From positions 1 through 32,887 of the forward strand of contig JANOUJ010000421.1 of NCBI GenBank assembly GCA_031416815.1: 32,887 nt of DNA, given 5' to 3'. This stretch comes from Chitinophagaceae bacterium (lineage in GTDB: Bacteria; Bacteroidota; Bacteroidia; Chitinophagales; Chitinophagaceae). Below, in pieces: positions 18,782 through 27,981 of the stretch. The notes under the pieces are model-generated. The model was not told the origin of the DNA, ran no database searches, and saw nothing but the letters and a program-made list of their open reading frames with translations. A program made the position numbers and the translations under genes. The first letter of the stretch is position 1; the number at the start of each line of letters is the position of its first letter.

Positions 18782-18850
18782 GCCACGAATTACACCAATA
18801 ACACGAATATTTATATGTATTTATTAGTGGAAATTAGTGTAATTCGTGGC
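18782..18850. repeat. GCCACGAATT-type REP-like long inverted repeat
   Basis: Perfect 14-bp arms GCCACGAATTACAC (18782-18795) / GTGTAATTCGTGGC (18837-18850) with ~9-nt internal sub-repeats. Confidence 0.85.
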
Positions 18851-18858
18851 AAACAATT

Positions 18859-19494
18859 ATGGAACATATCAAACACCTCACCAAAGACAAAAAGTTCAAA
18901 AAGATACTTGAACTGCAGGAGCCTTTTGTATTGGCGAAAAGAAAAAATGTGTACCTGCATTTGTGTAACTCCATCATGAGCCAGCAACTAAGCACCAAAG
19001 TGGCTGATGTTTTTCAACGGAGATTTTTAGCCTTATACAAAACCAACAACCCAACAGCAGCAGAGATTGCCGCAACACCTTTTGAAACTTTAAGGGGTAT
19101 TGGCTTAAGCAATGCCAAAGCGAACTATGTAATAAACGTTTGTAATTTCTTTATTGAAGAAAAGATCACCGATGCTATGCTGTATAAGATGAGCAACGAA
19201 GAAGTGATCAAATATCTTACCCAAATAAAAGGCGTGGGCCAGTGGACGGTTGAAATGATACTGATGTTTACCTTGGGCAGGGAAGATGTTTTTGCTGTGG
19301 ATGACCTGGGTATACAACAGGCTGTTTGCAAACTATACAATATCGATGCTGCTGATAAAAAGGCAATGAAAGAAAAAATGCTTGGCGTTTCAAAAAAGTG
19401 GAGCCCGTATAGAACTTATGCCTGCCGGTATTTGTGGGGATGGAAGGACAATACACCAAAAACTCCTGCCACCTCCGCCAGTCTTGAGCGGTAG
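18859..19494 (+). CDS. DNA-3-methyladenine glycosylase II (AlkA-like, HhH-GPD)
   Basis: SIMSQQLS, GLS--KA-Y, LTQIKGVGQWT (HhH), DDLGI, WSPYRTYA. Confidence 0.88.
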   Translation: MEHIKHLTKDKKFKKILELQEPFVLAKRKNVYLHLCNSIMSQQLSTKVADVFQRRFLALYKTNNPTAAEIAATPFETLRGIGLSNAKANYVINVCNFFIEEKITDAMLYKMSNEEVIKYLTQIKGVGQWTVEMILMFTLGREDVFAVDDLGIQQAVCKLYNIDAADKKAMKEKMLGVSKKWSPYRTYACRYLWGWKDNTPKTPATSASLER

Positions 19495-19513
19495 TCGAAG
19501 GAAAGGGGGAACT
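19463..19513. repeat. Degenerate REP with nested TGAGCGG(T)AGTCGAAG unit, overlapping the glycosylase stop
   Basis: CTCCTGCCACCTCC [GCCAGTCTTGAGCGGTAGTCGAAGG, 19477-19501] AAAGGGGGAACT. The inner unit resembles 28160-28187. Confidence 0.55.
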
Positions 19514-19538
19514 TAGAGAAAATTATTTTAAAGATGCT

Positions 19539-20036
19539 TTATGAAATAAGAATCAGGGAGATTATTTGCTCTAAATATTTCTTATCTGTCTCATCAAACT
19601 GATCAAGCTCAGCAGCATCTACATCGAGCACACCAAACACTTCCCCATTTTTTATCAGCGGTACTACAATCTCTGATCTTGATAAACTACTGCAGGCGAT
19701 ATGACCTGGAAATTTTTCAACATCAGGTACGATCAAAGTTTCTGTATTTTGCCAGGCTGCTCCACAAACGCCACGGCCTTTTTTGATTCTGGTGCAGGCA
19801 ACCGGTCCCTGGAATGGACCAAGAACCAACTCCGTTTCACCGCTGGTTTGCGAATCGGCTTTAACCAAATAAAAACCAACCCATAACCATCCAAATTGTT
19901 CTTTGAGTGCCGCACTTATATTGGCCAGGTTCGCAATCAGATCGGGTTCGCCTTCAAGCAATCCTTTTATTTGTGGGATGAGAGATTTATAAATTTCGGC
20001 TTTGCTGCCGGTAATAATTGTTAGGTCTTCTGCCAT
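19539..20036 (-). CDS. msrC: GAF-domain free methionine-(R)-sulfoxide reductase
   Basis: WVGFY, LGPFQGPVAC, GRGVCG, DVEKFPGHIAC, SEIVVP, GVLDVD. Start placed at 20036 (MAEDL) because the longer start lies inside a repeat. Confidence 0.85.
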   Translation of the reverse strand: MAEDLTIITGSKAEIYKSLIPQIKGLLEGEPDLIANLANISAALKEQFGWLWVGFYLVKADSQTSGETELVLGPFQGPVACTRIKKGRGVCGAAWQNTETLIVPDVEKFPGHIACSSLSRSEIVVPLIKNGEVFGVLDVDAAELDQFDETDKKYLEQIISLILIS

Positions 20037-20055
20037 GTGGTAAAGGTACGTTGTG

Positions 20056-20148
20056 TTTGTCATACTGAGGAACGACCTGTCCCGATTATTTCGGGAAGCA
20101 TCTTTTTAGTTTTGAATGAGCTTTTTCGCTATTGCTCAGAATGACAAA
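20056..20148. repeat. GTCAT..TGAG-type REP doublet with nested TCCCGA-N5-TCGGGA hairpin
   Basis: TTTGTCATACTGAG (20056-20069) / CTCAGAATGACAAA (20135-20148), 13/14 inverted. Inner CCTGTCCCGATTATTTCGGGA (20076-20096). Confidence 0.8.
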
Positions 20149-20157
20149 AAGCATGGA

Positions 20158-20676
20158 CTAATCTTGTTGTAATATCATATCGCTATACGAAAGCGAACAA
20201 TAATCTTCCGGAGCAATACCAAACAAGGTCGCATATACATCGCATTGCGCCTGTAACTTTTCTTTACCAATACTTCCGTCTTTGTCGATCGCTTCCACTT
20301 CAATAAAAGTTCCCAACCCAGCCACCGTATCAAAATGAAATTTTACATTCTCAATAAAATAGATCTTTCTGCTCTTATCAACCACAGCTTTTATACCCAA
20401 TGTTTTTATTAGTATTTCTTTAAGTGTTTTATCGGGTTGGTGTTGATACAATAAAACATGACTCGATTTTGCGCCGGCAAAATCTTCCCGTTCATAATGT
20501 ATCAGTGCATTTTCAATATTGCCTTCCCGTAATTTTAATCGGCCAACTGCAACATTAAAGTAAGTATCAACCTGGTGATCTTCACCTATAAATAGAGGGC
20601 TGTGATCTTGCAGCAAAGCTTCCAACGCCGCAAGGTTATTTGTTTTCGCTTTAAATTCGATATTGAGGATTGGCAC
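20158..20676 (-). CDS. CYTH domain protein (class IV adenylate cyclase-like)
   Basis: N-terminal NIEFKA (ExExK-like), QVDTYF, RLKLR, V-K-R, D-V-GLG-FIEVE, SYSD. GTG start. Confidence 0.88.
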   Translation of the reverse strand: MPILNIEFKAKTNNLAALEALLQDHSPLFIGEDHQVDTYFNVAVGRLKLREGNIENALIHYEREDFAGAKSSHVLLYQHQPDKTLKEILIKTLGIKAVVDKSRKIYFIENVKFHFDTVAGLGTFIEVEAIDKDGSIGKEKLQAQCDVYATLFGIAPEDYCSLSYSDMILQQD

Positions 20677-20769
20677 AGGCTTACAAGGTTATTGTATTAT
20701 AAAAACGGGATGCATACTTCAAGATAATAGTTTATAAAAATAATATCTTTTCATAACAATTAATTTAAT

Positions 20770-20800
20770 AAAAAACCGTCCCGTTTTTAGCGGGACGGTT
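20770..20800 (-). terminator. Rho-independent terminator of the S46 peptidase gene
   Basis: AACCGTCCCG (20774-20783) / CGGGACGGTT (20791-20800) stem followed by a U-tract on the minus strand. Confidence 0.85.
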
Positions 20801-20822
20801 CAAACAATCATATACAAATCTC

Positions 20823-22985
20823 TTACCTCACCAACTTCAACTCATTAATAATATTTGTTGCGCCACCTAATTTATCAATGCACCAAAGTACATAACGAAC
20901 ATCCACATTAATGGTGCGGTTCAGGTCTTTGTCAAATGCAATTTTATGGCTGAGGGCTTCGTAGTTGCCATCAAAGGCAAGGCCAATTAAATTGCCGCTG
21001 CCATCTATTACAGGCGAGCCTGAATTACCACCGGTAATATCATTGGTGGTAATAAAACCAACAACCAGGTCGTTGGTACGCTTATCTATGTATTGACCAA
21101 AATCTCTTTTTTTCAACAATTCAACCTGTTTGGCGGGAAGATCAAATTCATAATCGCCTGCTTTGTATTTCTCAAGCACACCTTTGCTGGTGGTTACATA
21201 ATCATAAAAAACACCATCACGTGGACGGTAACTTTTTACTGCACCATAACTTACCCGCATACTAAAGTTTGCATCAGGATACATCATTTTAGCGGCTTGC
21301 GGGTTCATCTCCATAATTCCTTTCAGGTATGCCCTGCCTAATTCCGCATCCTTGTTGAGGAATTCTGTACGCAGGCTTGCATATTTACTGGTATAATTTT
21401 TTGTAAATGCTGCTGCATAGGCAAATGCCGGGTCTTCCTGTAATGCAACGGCTGTAGGATTATCGGTAAATGCTTTCCATTTTGCATCATCCAGCATCAT
21501 GGTTTTTGCAAACACATCCCGGGCCCAGGCTTTAAAGGTAGCCTCATCATTCAGGCTGCCGTAGGCATTTTTGATGCCTTCGTAAAAGCCGATGGGGTGC
21601 TGGTTCTTATCTACATCGTTGTAAAACATCATGGCCGTTTTAGCCAGTATCTTTTCATCGCTTGCAAGGTCTTCGCCTGTTTTAAAGCCATCACGTGCTG
21701 CCGTGGCGGCTTCAACTGCTTTTTTAAGATCGGCAGCAGGGGTATTGGGTTTTATCAGTAGTGCTTCCAGTGAAATTAACCTAGAAGCTGAACCTGCCAA
21801 TGGCGAACCTAAAATACCCTCGTTTAGATACTGCCGAAATTTGCTGTAAGGTGTCCACGCAGCGTAATTCTTTGCATAATCAGCCATTATATTCTCATAC
21901 TCAGGTTTTCCTTTTGCCCAGGCATTAAATTTATTTTCGTAAGTCTGCTTTTGATCAAATACTTTGTACTTGATCAATTGCTTGGTTTCTCCATCAAAGA
22001 ACTTCCAATAGTTTGCAACACCTGCATAGTTGTCCGCAAGTTTTAATTTTACTGCAGGGTCTTTTATCATTTGCTCATACATCAATTTTAAACGCACATC
22101 ACGTAAGCCAACAAGCGCAGGGTTGTCAATATCGTTTTTGAGTTTAATGCCATAACTGGTTTCGTAACGTGTGGTTCCACCCGGATAACCGTATATCATA
22201 GCAAAATCACCATCTTTAAAACCTTTGATGCTTACCGGTAAAAAATGTTTCGGTGTCATAGGTACATTATCCGTGCTGTAAGCAACGGGTTTGCCTGCTT
22301 TACTGGCATACACACGAAAGACAGAAAAATCGCCGGTATGGCGTGGCCACTCCCAGTTATCGGTATCGCCACCAAACTTACCTACACTCTCCGGTGGTGC
22401 ACCAACCAGGCGAATATCCCTGTAAGTTTTGTACACATACATGATGTGTTGATTTCCCTTGAACATGCCATAAATTCTTCCGGCCAGTTCATTTTCTTTA
22501 TCTGCAACCTTATCGGTTATTGCTTTATATACATCAGTCATTTTTTTAACCCTGTCGGCATAGCTCAATCCTTTTAACTGGTCTTCCACTTCTTTAGTAA
22601 CATCAACTATGCGGTCCAAGAACTGCACTGTCAGATTAGTTTTTAATTCCTGCCCTTTGTTGTAAGCGTAAAAACCATCACGTAAATAATTGTGTTCAAT
22701 TGTACTTGCTCCGGAAATGGCTCCGTATCCACAATGGTGGTTTGTAAATATCAAACCCTGGCTGCTTACAATTTCGCCGGTACATCCTCCCCCAAAAATA
22801 ATGATGGCATCTTTTAACGATGACTTGTTGATGGAGTACAATTGCTCCTTAGTAAGTTTCAACCCTTTTTTTACCATATCGTTGTAAACCTGCTGGCCAA
22901 GCAACATCGGTAACCACATGCCTTCATCGGCCTGTGCCTTAAACAGGCTGAGCGAAAGCGCAACCATAATAATTATCTTCTTCAT
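20823..22985 (-). CDS. S46 family dipeptidyl peptidase (DPP7-like)
   Basis: Signal peptide then DEGMWLP, TNHHC, GGDTDNWEWPRHTGDF, DITGGNSGSPV. AFDGNYE has Gly at the S1 position as in DPP7, not Arg as in DPP11. TAAATTTG -7 box at 23007-23014 supports the ATG at 22985. Confidence 0.92.
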   Translation of the reverse strand: MKKIIIMVALSLSLFKAQADEGMWLPMLLGQQVYNDMVKKGLKLTKEQLYSINKSSLKDAIIIFGGGCTGEIVSSQGLIFTNHHCGYGAISGASTIEHNYLRDGFYAYNKGQELKTNLTVQFLDRIVDVTKEVEDQLKGLSYADRVKKMTDVYKAITDKVADKENELAGRIYGMFKGNQHIMYVYKTYRDIRLVGAPPESVGKFGGDTDNWEWPRHTGDFSVFRVYASKAGKPVAYSTDNVPMTPKHFLPVSIKGFKDGDFAMIYGYPGGTTRYETSYGIKLKNDIDNPALVGLRDVRLKLMYEQMIKDPAVKLKLADNYAGVANYWKFFDGETKQLIKYKVFDQKQTYENKFNAWAKGKPEYENIMADYAKNYAAWTPYSKFRQYLNEGILGSPLAGSASRLISLEALLIKPNTPAADLKKAVEAATAARDGFKTGEDLASDEKILAKTAMMFYNDVDKNQHPIGFYEGIKNAYGSLNDEATFKAWARDVFAKTMMLDDAKWKAFTDNPTAVALQEDPAFAYAAAFTKNYTSKYASLRTEFLNKDAELGRAYLKGIMEMNPQAAKMMYPDANFSMRVSYGAVKSYRPRDGVFYDYVTTSKGVLEKYKAGDYEFDLPAKQVELLKKRDFGQYIDKRTNDLVVGFITTNDITGGNSGSPVIDGSGNLIGLAFDGNYEALSHKIAFDKDLNRTINVDVRYVLWCIDKLGGATNIINELKLVR

Positions 22986-23040
22986 ATAACTTGATTTTTT
23001 AGGAGACAAATTTAATGATTAATAATGGTTAGCCAAAACC

Positions 23041-23245
23041 CGGCCCCCTCTATCTCCCCCGAAAGGGGAGGAAATCTGGAAGATTGAAGCGAAGATTATG
23101 CTTTGCTGAAGAAAGCAAATGCTGATTGCATTATTGATGAATAAAGAACTAATATTGATGTGGAAGATAAAATGTTTGGGTATGTTTAATGTACCGCGTC
23201 CTCTCTCTCGGAGAGGAGGAAGGGAGGTGAGGCCAGAGGGGCCGC
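23041..23245 (+). mobile_element. REP-flanked non-autonomous element (MITE/REPIN-like), copy 1
   Basis: Ends CGGCCCCCTCT / AGAGGGGCCG are inverted. Hairpins CTCCCCC-GAAA-GGGGAG and CCTCTC-N5-GAGAGG. Core boxes GAAGATTGAAGCGAAGAT (23079-23096) and GATGTGGAAGATAAAATGTTT (23157-23177) are shared with copies 2 and 3. Confidence 0.8.
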
Positions 23246-23287
23246 TTTTTTCTTTATCTTTACGCCCTTTAACCTTTATAACTGCAG

Positions 23288-24814
23288 ATGCCTTTATTTG
23301 AGATCAAGCTTCCAAAATCTATTGCCAGGGCGCTGCATTTACCCATAAGCAATCCCCGAAGCCAGCATATTAAAGTGCTTAAAAAGCTATTAAAGAAAGC
23401 AAGGTTTACCGAGTTTGGCCAGCGTTATCGTTTTGATGATGTGTTAATGAGTACGCACCCCGGAAAAAAGTTCCAGGAAAACGTGCCAACCTTCGATTAT
23501 AACAAGATTTACGACGCATGGTGGTATAAAGCAAAGGAAGGTAGCCCCGATGTTTGCTGGCCCGGCGTGATCAAATATTTTGCATTAAGCAGCGGCACCA
23601 GCGATGCTACCAGCAAATTTATTCCCATTACCAAAGACCTGATAAGAAGCAATACGGTTACCAGTTTTAACCAGTTACTAAGTTTAACCCGGTATGATCA
23701 TGTTCCTAAAAGCTCCGTTGGTAAGGGCTGGTTGATATTGGGCGGGAGCACCCAATTGCAAAAGGGCCCAACATATTTCGCCGGGGACCTCAGCGGTATT
23801 CAGCAAAAAAATATTCCCTTCTGGTTCCAGGGCCTTGGTTTATACAAACCGGGTAAAAAAATTGCCAAGGTAAAAGACTGGGCAACAAAATTGGAAGAAG
23901 TGGTAAACAATGCACCTAACTGGGATATAGGTTTTATTGTGGGCGTGCCGGCATGGCTGCAGTTGTGCATGGAAAAGATCATTGAAAAGTATGAGCTGAA
24001 AAACATTCATGAAATGTGGCCCAACCTGGCTTTTTATGTACACGGCGGCGTGGCCATGGAGCCCTATAAAAGAGGATTTGAAAAATTACTGGGCAAGCCA
24101 ATTACCTATATTGAAACCTACCTGGCCAGCGAAGGTTTTTTGGCTTATCAAAACAGGCAGGACGCAGCAGGTATGCACCTGGCACTTAACAACAATGTGT
24201 TTTTTGAATTTGTGCCTTTCGACCTGAAAAATTTTGATGCAGACGGAAATATGGTGGAAGAACCAGAAGCATACATGCTTCATGAGATTGAGGAGCAAAA
24301 AGATTACGCCATTCTTATCAGCACCAATGCAGGAGCCTGGCGGTATGCAATTGGCGATACGATTAAATTGGTTGACAGGGAAAGAAGTGAGATCATCATT
24401 ACAGGCCGTACCAAACATTATTTAAGCCTGGTTGGCGAACACCTGAGTGTAGACAATATGAACAAAGCCATTGAAATGGTTAGTAATGAACTTAAAATTT
24501 CTATTCCTGAATTTACCGTCGCAGGTGTTCCGCACGGAAACTTTTTTGCTCACCAATGGTATGTAGCAACCGACGATAAGGTTGATGCCGAAGACCTGAA
24601 AATCCGCATTGATAATAAACTAAAGGAACTGAACGATGATTATGTTGTAGAACGCCGGCATGCTTTAAAAGATATTATGGTTGCAGTTTTACCCGAAAGC
24701 ACTTTTATGGCTTTTATGAAAGCCAAAGGAAAAATTGGCGGTCAACATAAATTCCCAAGGGTTCTTAAAGGAAAGATGCTGGAAGAATGGCAGCATTTTT
24801 TAAAGGGCCAATAA
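23288..24814 (+). CDS. GH3 auxin-responsive promoter family protein (paralog 2)
   Basis: ALSSGTS, YLASEG, GAWRYAIGD and GGQHKFPR motifs. Confidence 0.9.
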   Translation: MPLFEIKLPKSIARALHLPISNPRSQHIKVLKKLLKKARFTEFGQRYRFDDVLMSTHPGKKFQENVPTFDYNKIYDAWWYKAKEGSPDVCWPGVIKYFALSSGTSDATSKFIPITKDLIRSNTVTSFNQLLSLTRYDHVPKSSVGKGWLILGGSTQLQKGPTYFAGDLSGIQQKNIPFWFQGLGLYKPGKKIAKVKDWATKLEEVVNNAPNWDIGFIVGVPAWLQLCMEKIIEKYELKNIHEMWPNLAFYVHGGVAMEPYKRGFEKLLGKPITYIETYLASEGFLAYQNRQDAAGMHLALNNNVFFEFVPFDLKNFDADGNMVEEPEAYMLHEIEEQKDYAILISTNAGAWRYAIGDTIKLVDRERSEIIITGRTKHYLSLVGEHLSVDNMNKAIEMVSNELKISIPEFTVAGVPHGNFFAHQWYVATDDKVDAEDLKIRIDNKLKELNDDYVVERRHALKDIMVAVLPESTFMAFMKAKGKIGGQHKFPRVLKGKMLEEWQHFLKGQ

Positions 24815-24819
24815 TGCTC

Positions 24820-25566
24820 CTAAAAAGCCACGGTGGGGCATGCAACTCCCCCATCCTTATTTCCAAATTTATAAATGATACCGGCAGACGTGCTGTGGTA
24901 ATGATCCTTAAGGTCCGGATTGGCCGAATGGCTAAAGCCATCCAAATAATCAGTAAAAATAAAGCGGTAAGATGTTTCGATATTAACAGAAAATCTGTTT
25001 GAGATTGGATACTCGGCACCTACACCAACCGGTACAGAAAAAATTGCACGGGGCGTACCTTTTGCATTGTCAATAGCAAGACCGGCCCTCACTGCAGACC
25101 CATCTCCAAAAACTGTAGGATCCATCCGGCTGTAATCTTTTTGGACCCTTACTAGTGAAACGCCTGCCCCCGAAAAAATGTAAGGCATAATGCCTTTGTC
25201 CTCATAGTTTTTACCTAAAACATTCCAAACCAATTGTGCCGAAAACTCTTTTACCGGCGTGGTAAAAGAAAAATTTCGCTGCTGCCTGTACTCAGGTTTG
25301 CTGTAGCGGCTGTCATCGCCTCTTAATTTTGCAAAGCTGAAATGTACACGGGCTGCCAGGAAATGATTGATAGGCTTTTTTGCAAAAAATGAAAAACCCG
25401 GTTGTATGGTTCTGAATGAACCAAACCTTTCCGGGGTAAGATCGCCCTGGTAAATATATATGCCCCCATTTAGCCCCACACTCATGTCTTTATAGAACTG
25501 GGCATGTGTTTTACCGGTAACAAATAAAAAAGAAATTAATACAATGGCTGTAATCTTTGCTTTCAA
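24820..25566 (-). CDS. Outer-membrane beta-barrel protein (DUF6089/PorG-like)
   Basis: Signal peptide (THAQ), YQGDL, RNFSF, PYIFSGAG, YRFIFTDYLDG, IYKFG. TTG start. Confidence 0.75.
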   Translation of the reverse strand: MKAKITAIVLISFLFVTGKTHAQFYKDMSVGLNGGIYIYQGDLTPERFGSFRTIQPGFSFFAKKPINHFLAARVHFSFAKLRGDDSRYSKPEYRQQRNFSFTTPVKEFSAQLVWNVLGKNYEDKGIMPYIFSGAGVSLVRVQKDYSRMDPTVFGDGSAVRAGLAIDNAKGTPRAIFSVPVGVGAEYPISNRFSVNIETSYRFIFTDYLDGFSHSANPDLKDHYHSTSAGIIYKFGNKDGGVACPTVAF

Positions 25567-25758
25567 ACGGTTTATTTTTTAAGTTGATGTAATTAAAGGG
25601 TAGCCTTGTATTCATGTAAAGGGTTTGCTCTTTGAACGGCAAATAATAAACCGAATTGTTGTGGGTACTGTTAAATGAATCTTAATAAAGAAATTACAGC
25701 CAATACCAGTCAGCCATAGAAATTCAGTTAATTAAAAATCCTTTCTTAAATTTATCGA

Positions 25759-26418
25759 ATGGTTGATGCTTTTTTAAAAGGACTGGCGATAAGTTTGCTG
25801 TTGATCTTTTCCGTAGGACCTGTAATTTTTACTATCATTAAGCAAAGTATCAATCATGGTCGCCGCGGAGGGTTTAGTTTTATTCTTGGTGTTTGGATAA
25901 GCGACCTGATATGGGTTGTACTCAGCAATGGTTTCAGCGAAGCCATAAAAACATTGTTGAATTTTAAGATACCCATTGGTATAGGAGGCTGTGCTTTTTT
26001 AATTGGTATGGGCATTTATTTTGCTTTTATAAAAAAGATTGAGCCACGCCGTAAGCAGGAACCGGCTGAAATTGCCGGTGATGTATATACTCCCACCGGA
26101 AAAAAGACCAATTATTTCGCCATTATGAGTTCGGGTTTTATTATTAATACTTTAAACCCCGGATTGGTTTTCTTTTGGATCTTTATGGCAGCATCGCTGG
26201 CATCGCAGTACAATTTTAAGGAGCGGATTATTATTTTTACCACCTGTCTTGCTGTTAATATGCTCGTTGATATTGCAAAAGTATTGGGTGCAGGCTACAT
26301 CGGAAAAAAATTAAGCGACCGGGTGATACTCATCATCAACCGGGTATCGGGCGTACTGTATCTTATTTTTGGATTTGCCATATTGGGCGGTATCATTTAT
26401 ACATTGGTAAAACATTAA
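25759..26418 (+). CDS. LysE family translocator
   Basis: SVGPVIF...SI..GRRGG, GF..NTLNP, INRVSG; about six TM segments. Confidence 0.85.
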   Translation: MVDAFLKGLAISLLLIFSVGPVIFTIIKQSINHGRRGGFSFILGVWISDLIWVVLSNGFSEAIKTLLNFKIPIGIGGCAFLIGMGIYFAFIKKIEPRRKQEPAEIAGDVYTPTGKKTNYFAIMSSGFIINTLNPGLVFFWIFMAASLASQYNFKERIIIFTTCLAVNMLVDIAKVLGAGYIGKKLSDRVILIINRVSGVLYLIFGFAILGGIIYTLVKH

Positions 26419-26463
26419 CAGTAAATATTAGCACCTGGGTAGGTTCACTTTTTATTTTGTTGC

Positions 26464-27027
26464 ATGAAACCAATACTGCCGATCCTTCTTTTAGTAACCA
26501 CATCTTCTTTTTCCCAATCGGCCGATTTTATCCAGCTTAAAAAAAATAATAAACTTGTTAGTACATTTTATATCGGTATGAATATTTCGCTGACTGCCGA
26601 AAGCGGGGCCAACATCAATGCACTTATCAATGGTATAAACAACGACACACTTTATTTACAGGAATTCATCATTCGATATCTCCCTACAACCTTTGGCACT
26701 TATATCGTTGATACGGTGGGCAGTTATCGGTATAAATATCATTACAAACAAATCGCTGCTATCGGCAAAAAAGAAAAAACTAATTTTAATACCAAGGGTA
26801 GCGGAGCTGCTTTAGTTGGTGGCGGGGTTTTGCTTACTTTAGCAAGTGGCGTTATATATATAGCCGACAAAGAAAAGTTCAGCACTCCTTTATTGTTAAC
26901 TTCCGTTGGACTGGGAACCCTGGGATATTTTATGGCTAAGGGAAAAAAAGGAGGCAATGGAATGGTGATCGGCAAAAAATACAAACTGGTCTACATGAAT
27001 ATGAGTAATAAGAAACACTCATCTTAA
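26464..27027 (+). CDS. Hypothetical exported/membrane protein
   Basis: 187 aa ORF with signal peptide (SFSQ) and two Gly-rich hydrophobic segments near the C-terminus. Confidence 0.7.
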   Translation: MKPILPILLLVTTSSFSQSADFIQLKKNNKLVSTFYIGMNISLTAESGANINALINGINNDTLYLQEFIIRYLPTTFGTYIVDTVGSYRYKYHYKQIAAIGKKEKTNFNTKGSGAALVGGGVLLTLASGVIYIADKEKFSTPLLLTSVGLGTLGYFMAKGKKGGNGMVIGKKYKLVYMNMSNKKHSS

Positions 27028-27096
27028 ATGCGCAAACCAAACAGTCTAAAATAGTAATCATTAACCCACCGCAACCCTGCGGATAAACCGGCAAGC

Positions 27097-27981
27097 ATGA
27101 AAAAAACATGGATATGGATGAAAAGGATCTTTTTCTGGGTCTTCATTTTACATATTACATGGTTCCTTGTTTTTATTGTTCAAAAATTCTCTGTGGCCGA
27201 TTTTCCTGTTGCCAATTTGAAAACTAAAATGCTGATCGTTGTTGCTGTTGTATTGATCGGTGGCCTTGCTTATTATTTTTGGCTGCGCCATATTGAGTTT
27301 GTGAAAAAAGCCGCCATTGTTTTAAAAGAGATTTTTTTTATCGCTTATATTTCTTCCACATTATATCTACTGCTGGGCATTATTTTTAATCCCCCCATTA
27401 CTTTAACGCAGGTGGGCAGCATCTTCCAGGGGCATGGTTTAAAGCGTGATTATGTAAGTTATGATGATATGGGCTCCAATATTAAGCTGGCAGTAATTGC
27501 CAGTGAAGACCAGCTTTTTCCCGATCATGATGGTTTTGATTTGAAAGCTATTAAAAAGGCAATGAAATATAACAAACGCCATTCCAACAAAGTACGGGGA
27601 GCCAGCACCATCAGCCAGCAGGTTGCAAAAAATGTTTTTCTTTGGCAGGGCGGCGGTTTTTTAAGAAAAGGAATTGAAGTGTTTTTTACTTTTTCTATTG
27701 AAGGGGTATGGACCAAGCGAACCATTCTTGAACGCTATTTAAATGTAGCCGAAATGGGTCCGGGTGTATTTGGCGTGCAGGCCGCCGCCAAAAAATATTT
27801 TAATAAAGATGCCAAAGATCTAACCGCCGCAGAGGCAGCGCAGATCGCGGCATGTTTACCAAACCCTAAACGATTTTCGGTAAAACCGTTGAGCCGGTAT
27901 GTGGCCGGCCGTGCAGGTAATGTTGTAAGGCAGATGCATCAGGTGGCGGGTGACCCGGATGTACAGGCGATCATAAAATGA
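27097..27981 (+). CDS. mtgA: Monofunctional biosynthetic peptidoglycan transglycosylase with extended N-terminal membrane region
   Basis: ASEDQLFPDHDGFD, RGASTISQQVAKNVFLW, RKGIE, KRTILERYLN, LPNP. Confidence 0.9.
   Translation: MKKTWIWMKRIFFWVFILHITWFLVFIVQKFSVADFPVANLKTKMLIVVAVVLIGGLAYYFWLRHIEFVKKAAIVLKEIFFIAYISSTLYLLLGIIFNPPITLTQVGSIFQGHGLKRDYVSYDDMGSNIKLAVIASEDQLFPDHDGFDLKAIKKAMKYNKRHSNKVRGASTISQQVAKNVFLWQGGGFLRKGIEVFFTFSIEGVWTKRTILERYLNVAEMGPGVFGVQAAAKKYFNKDAKDLTAAEAAQIAACLPNPKRFSVKPLSRYVAGRAGNVVRQMHQVAGDPDVQAIIK

Noticed and set aside
23119-23301. 60-aa ORF similar to the 62-aa ORF at 28068-28256 (KELxxMWKxKCL)
   Set aside because: The similarity comes from the repeated cassette. Starts are not equivalent, the ORFs run through hairpins, and substitutions in this frame are mostly non-synonymous.
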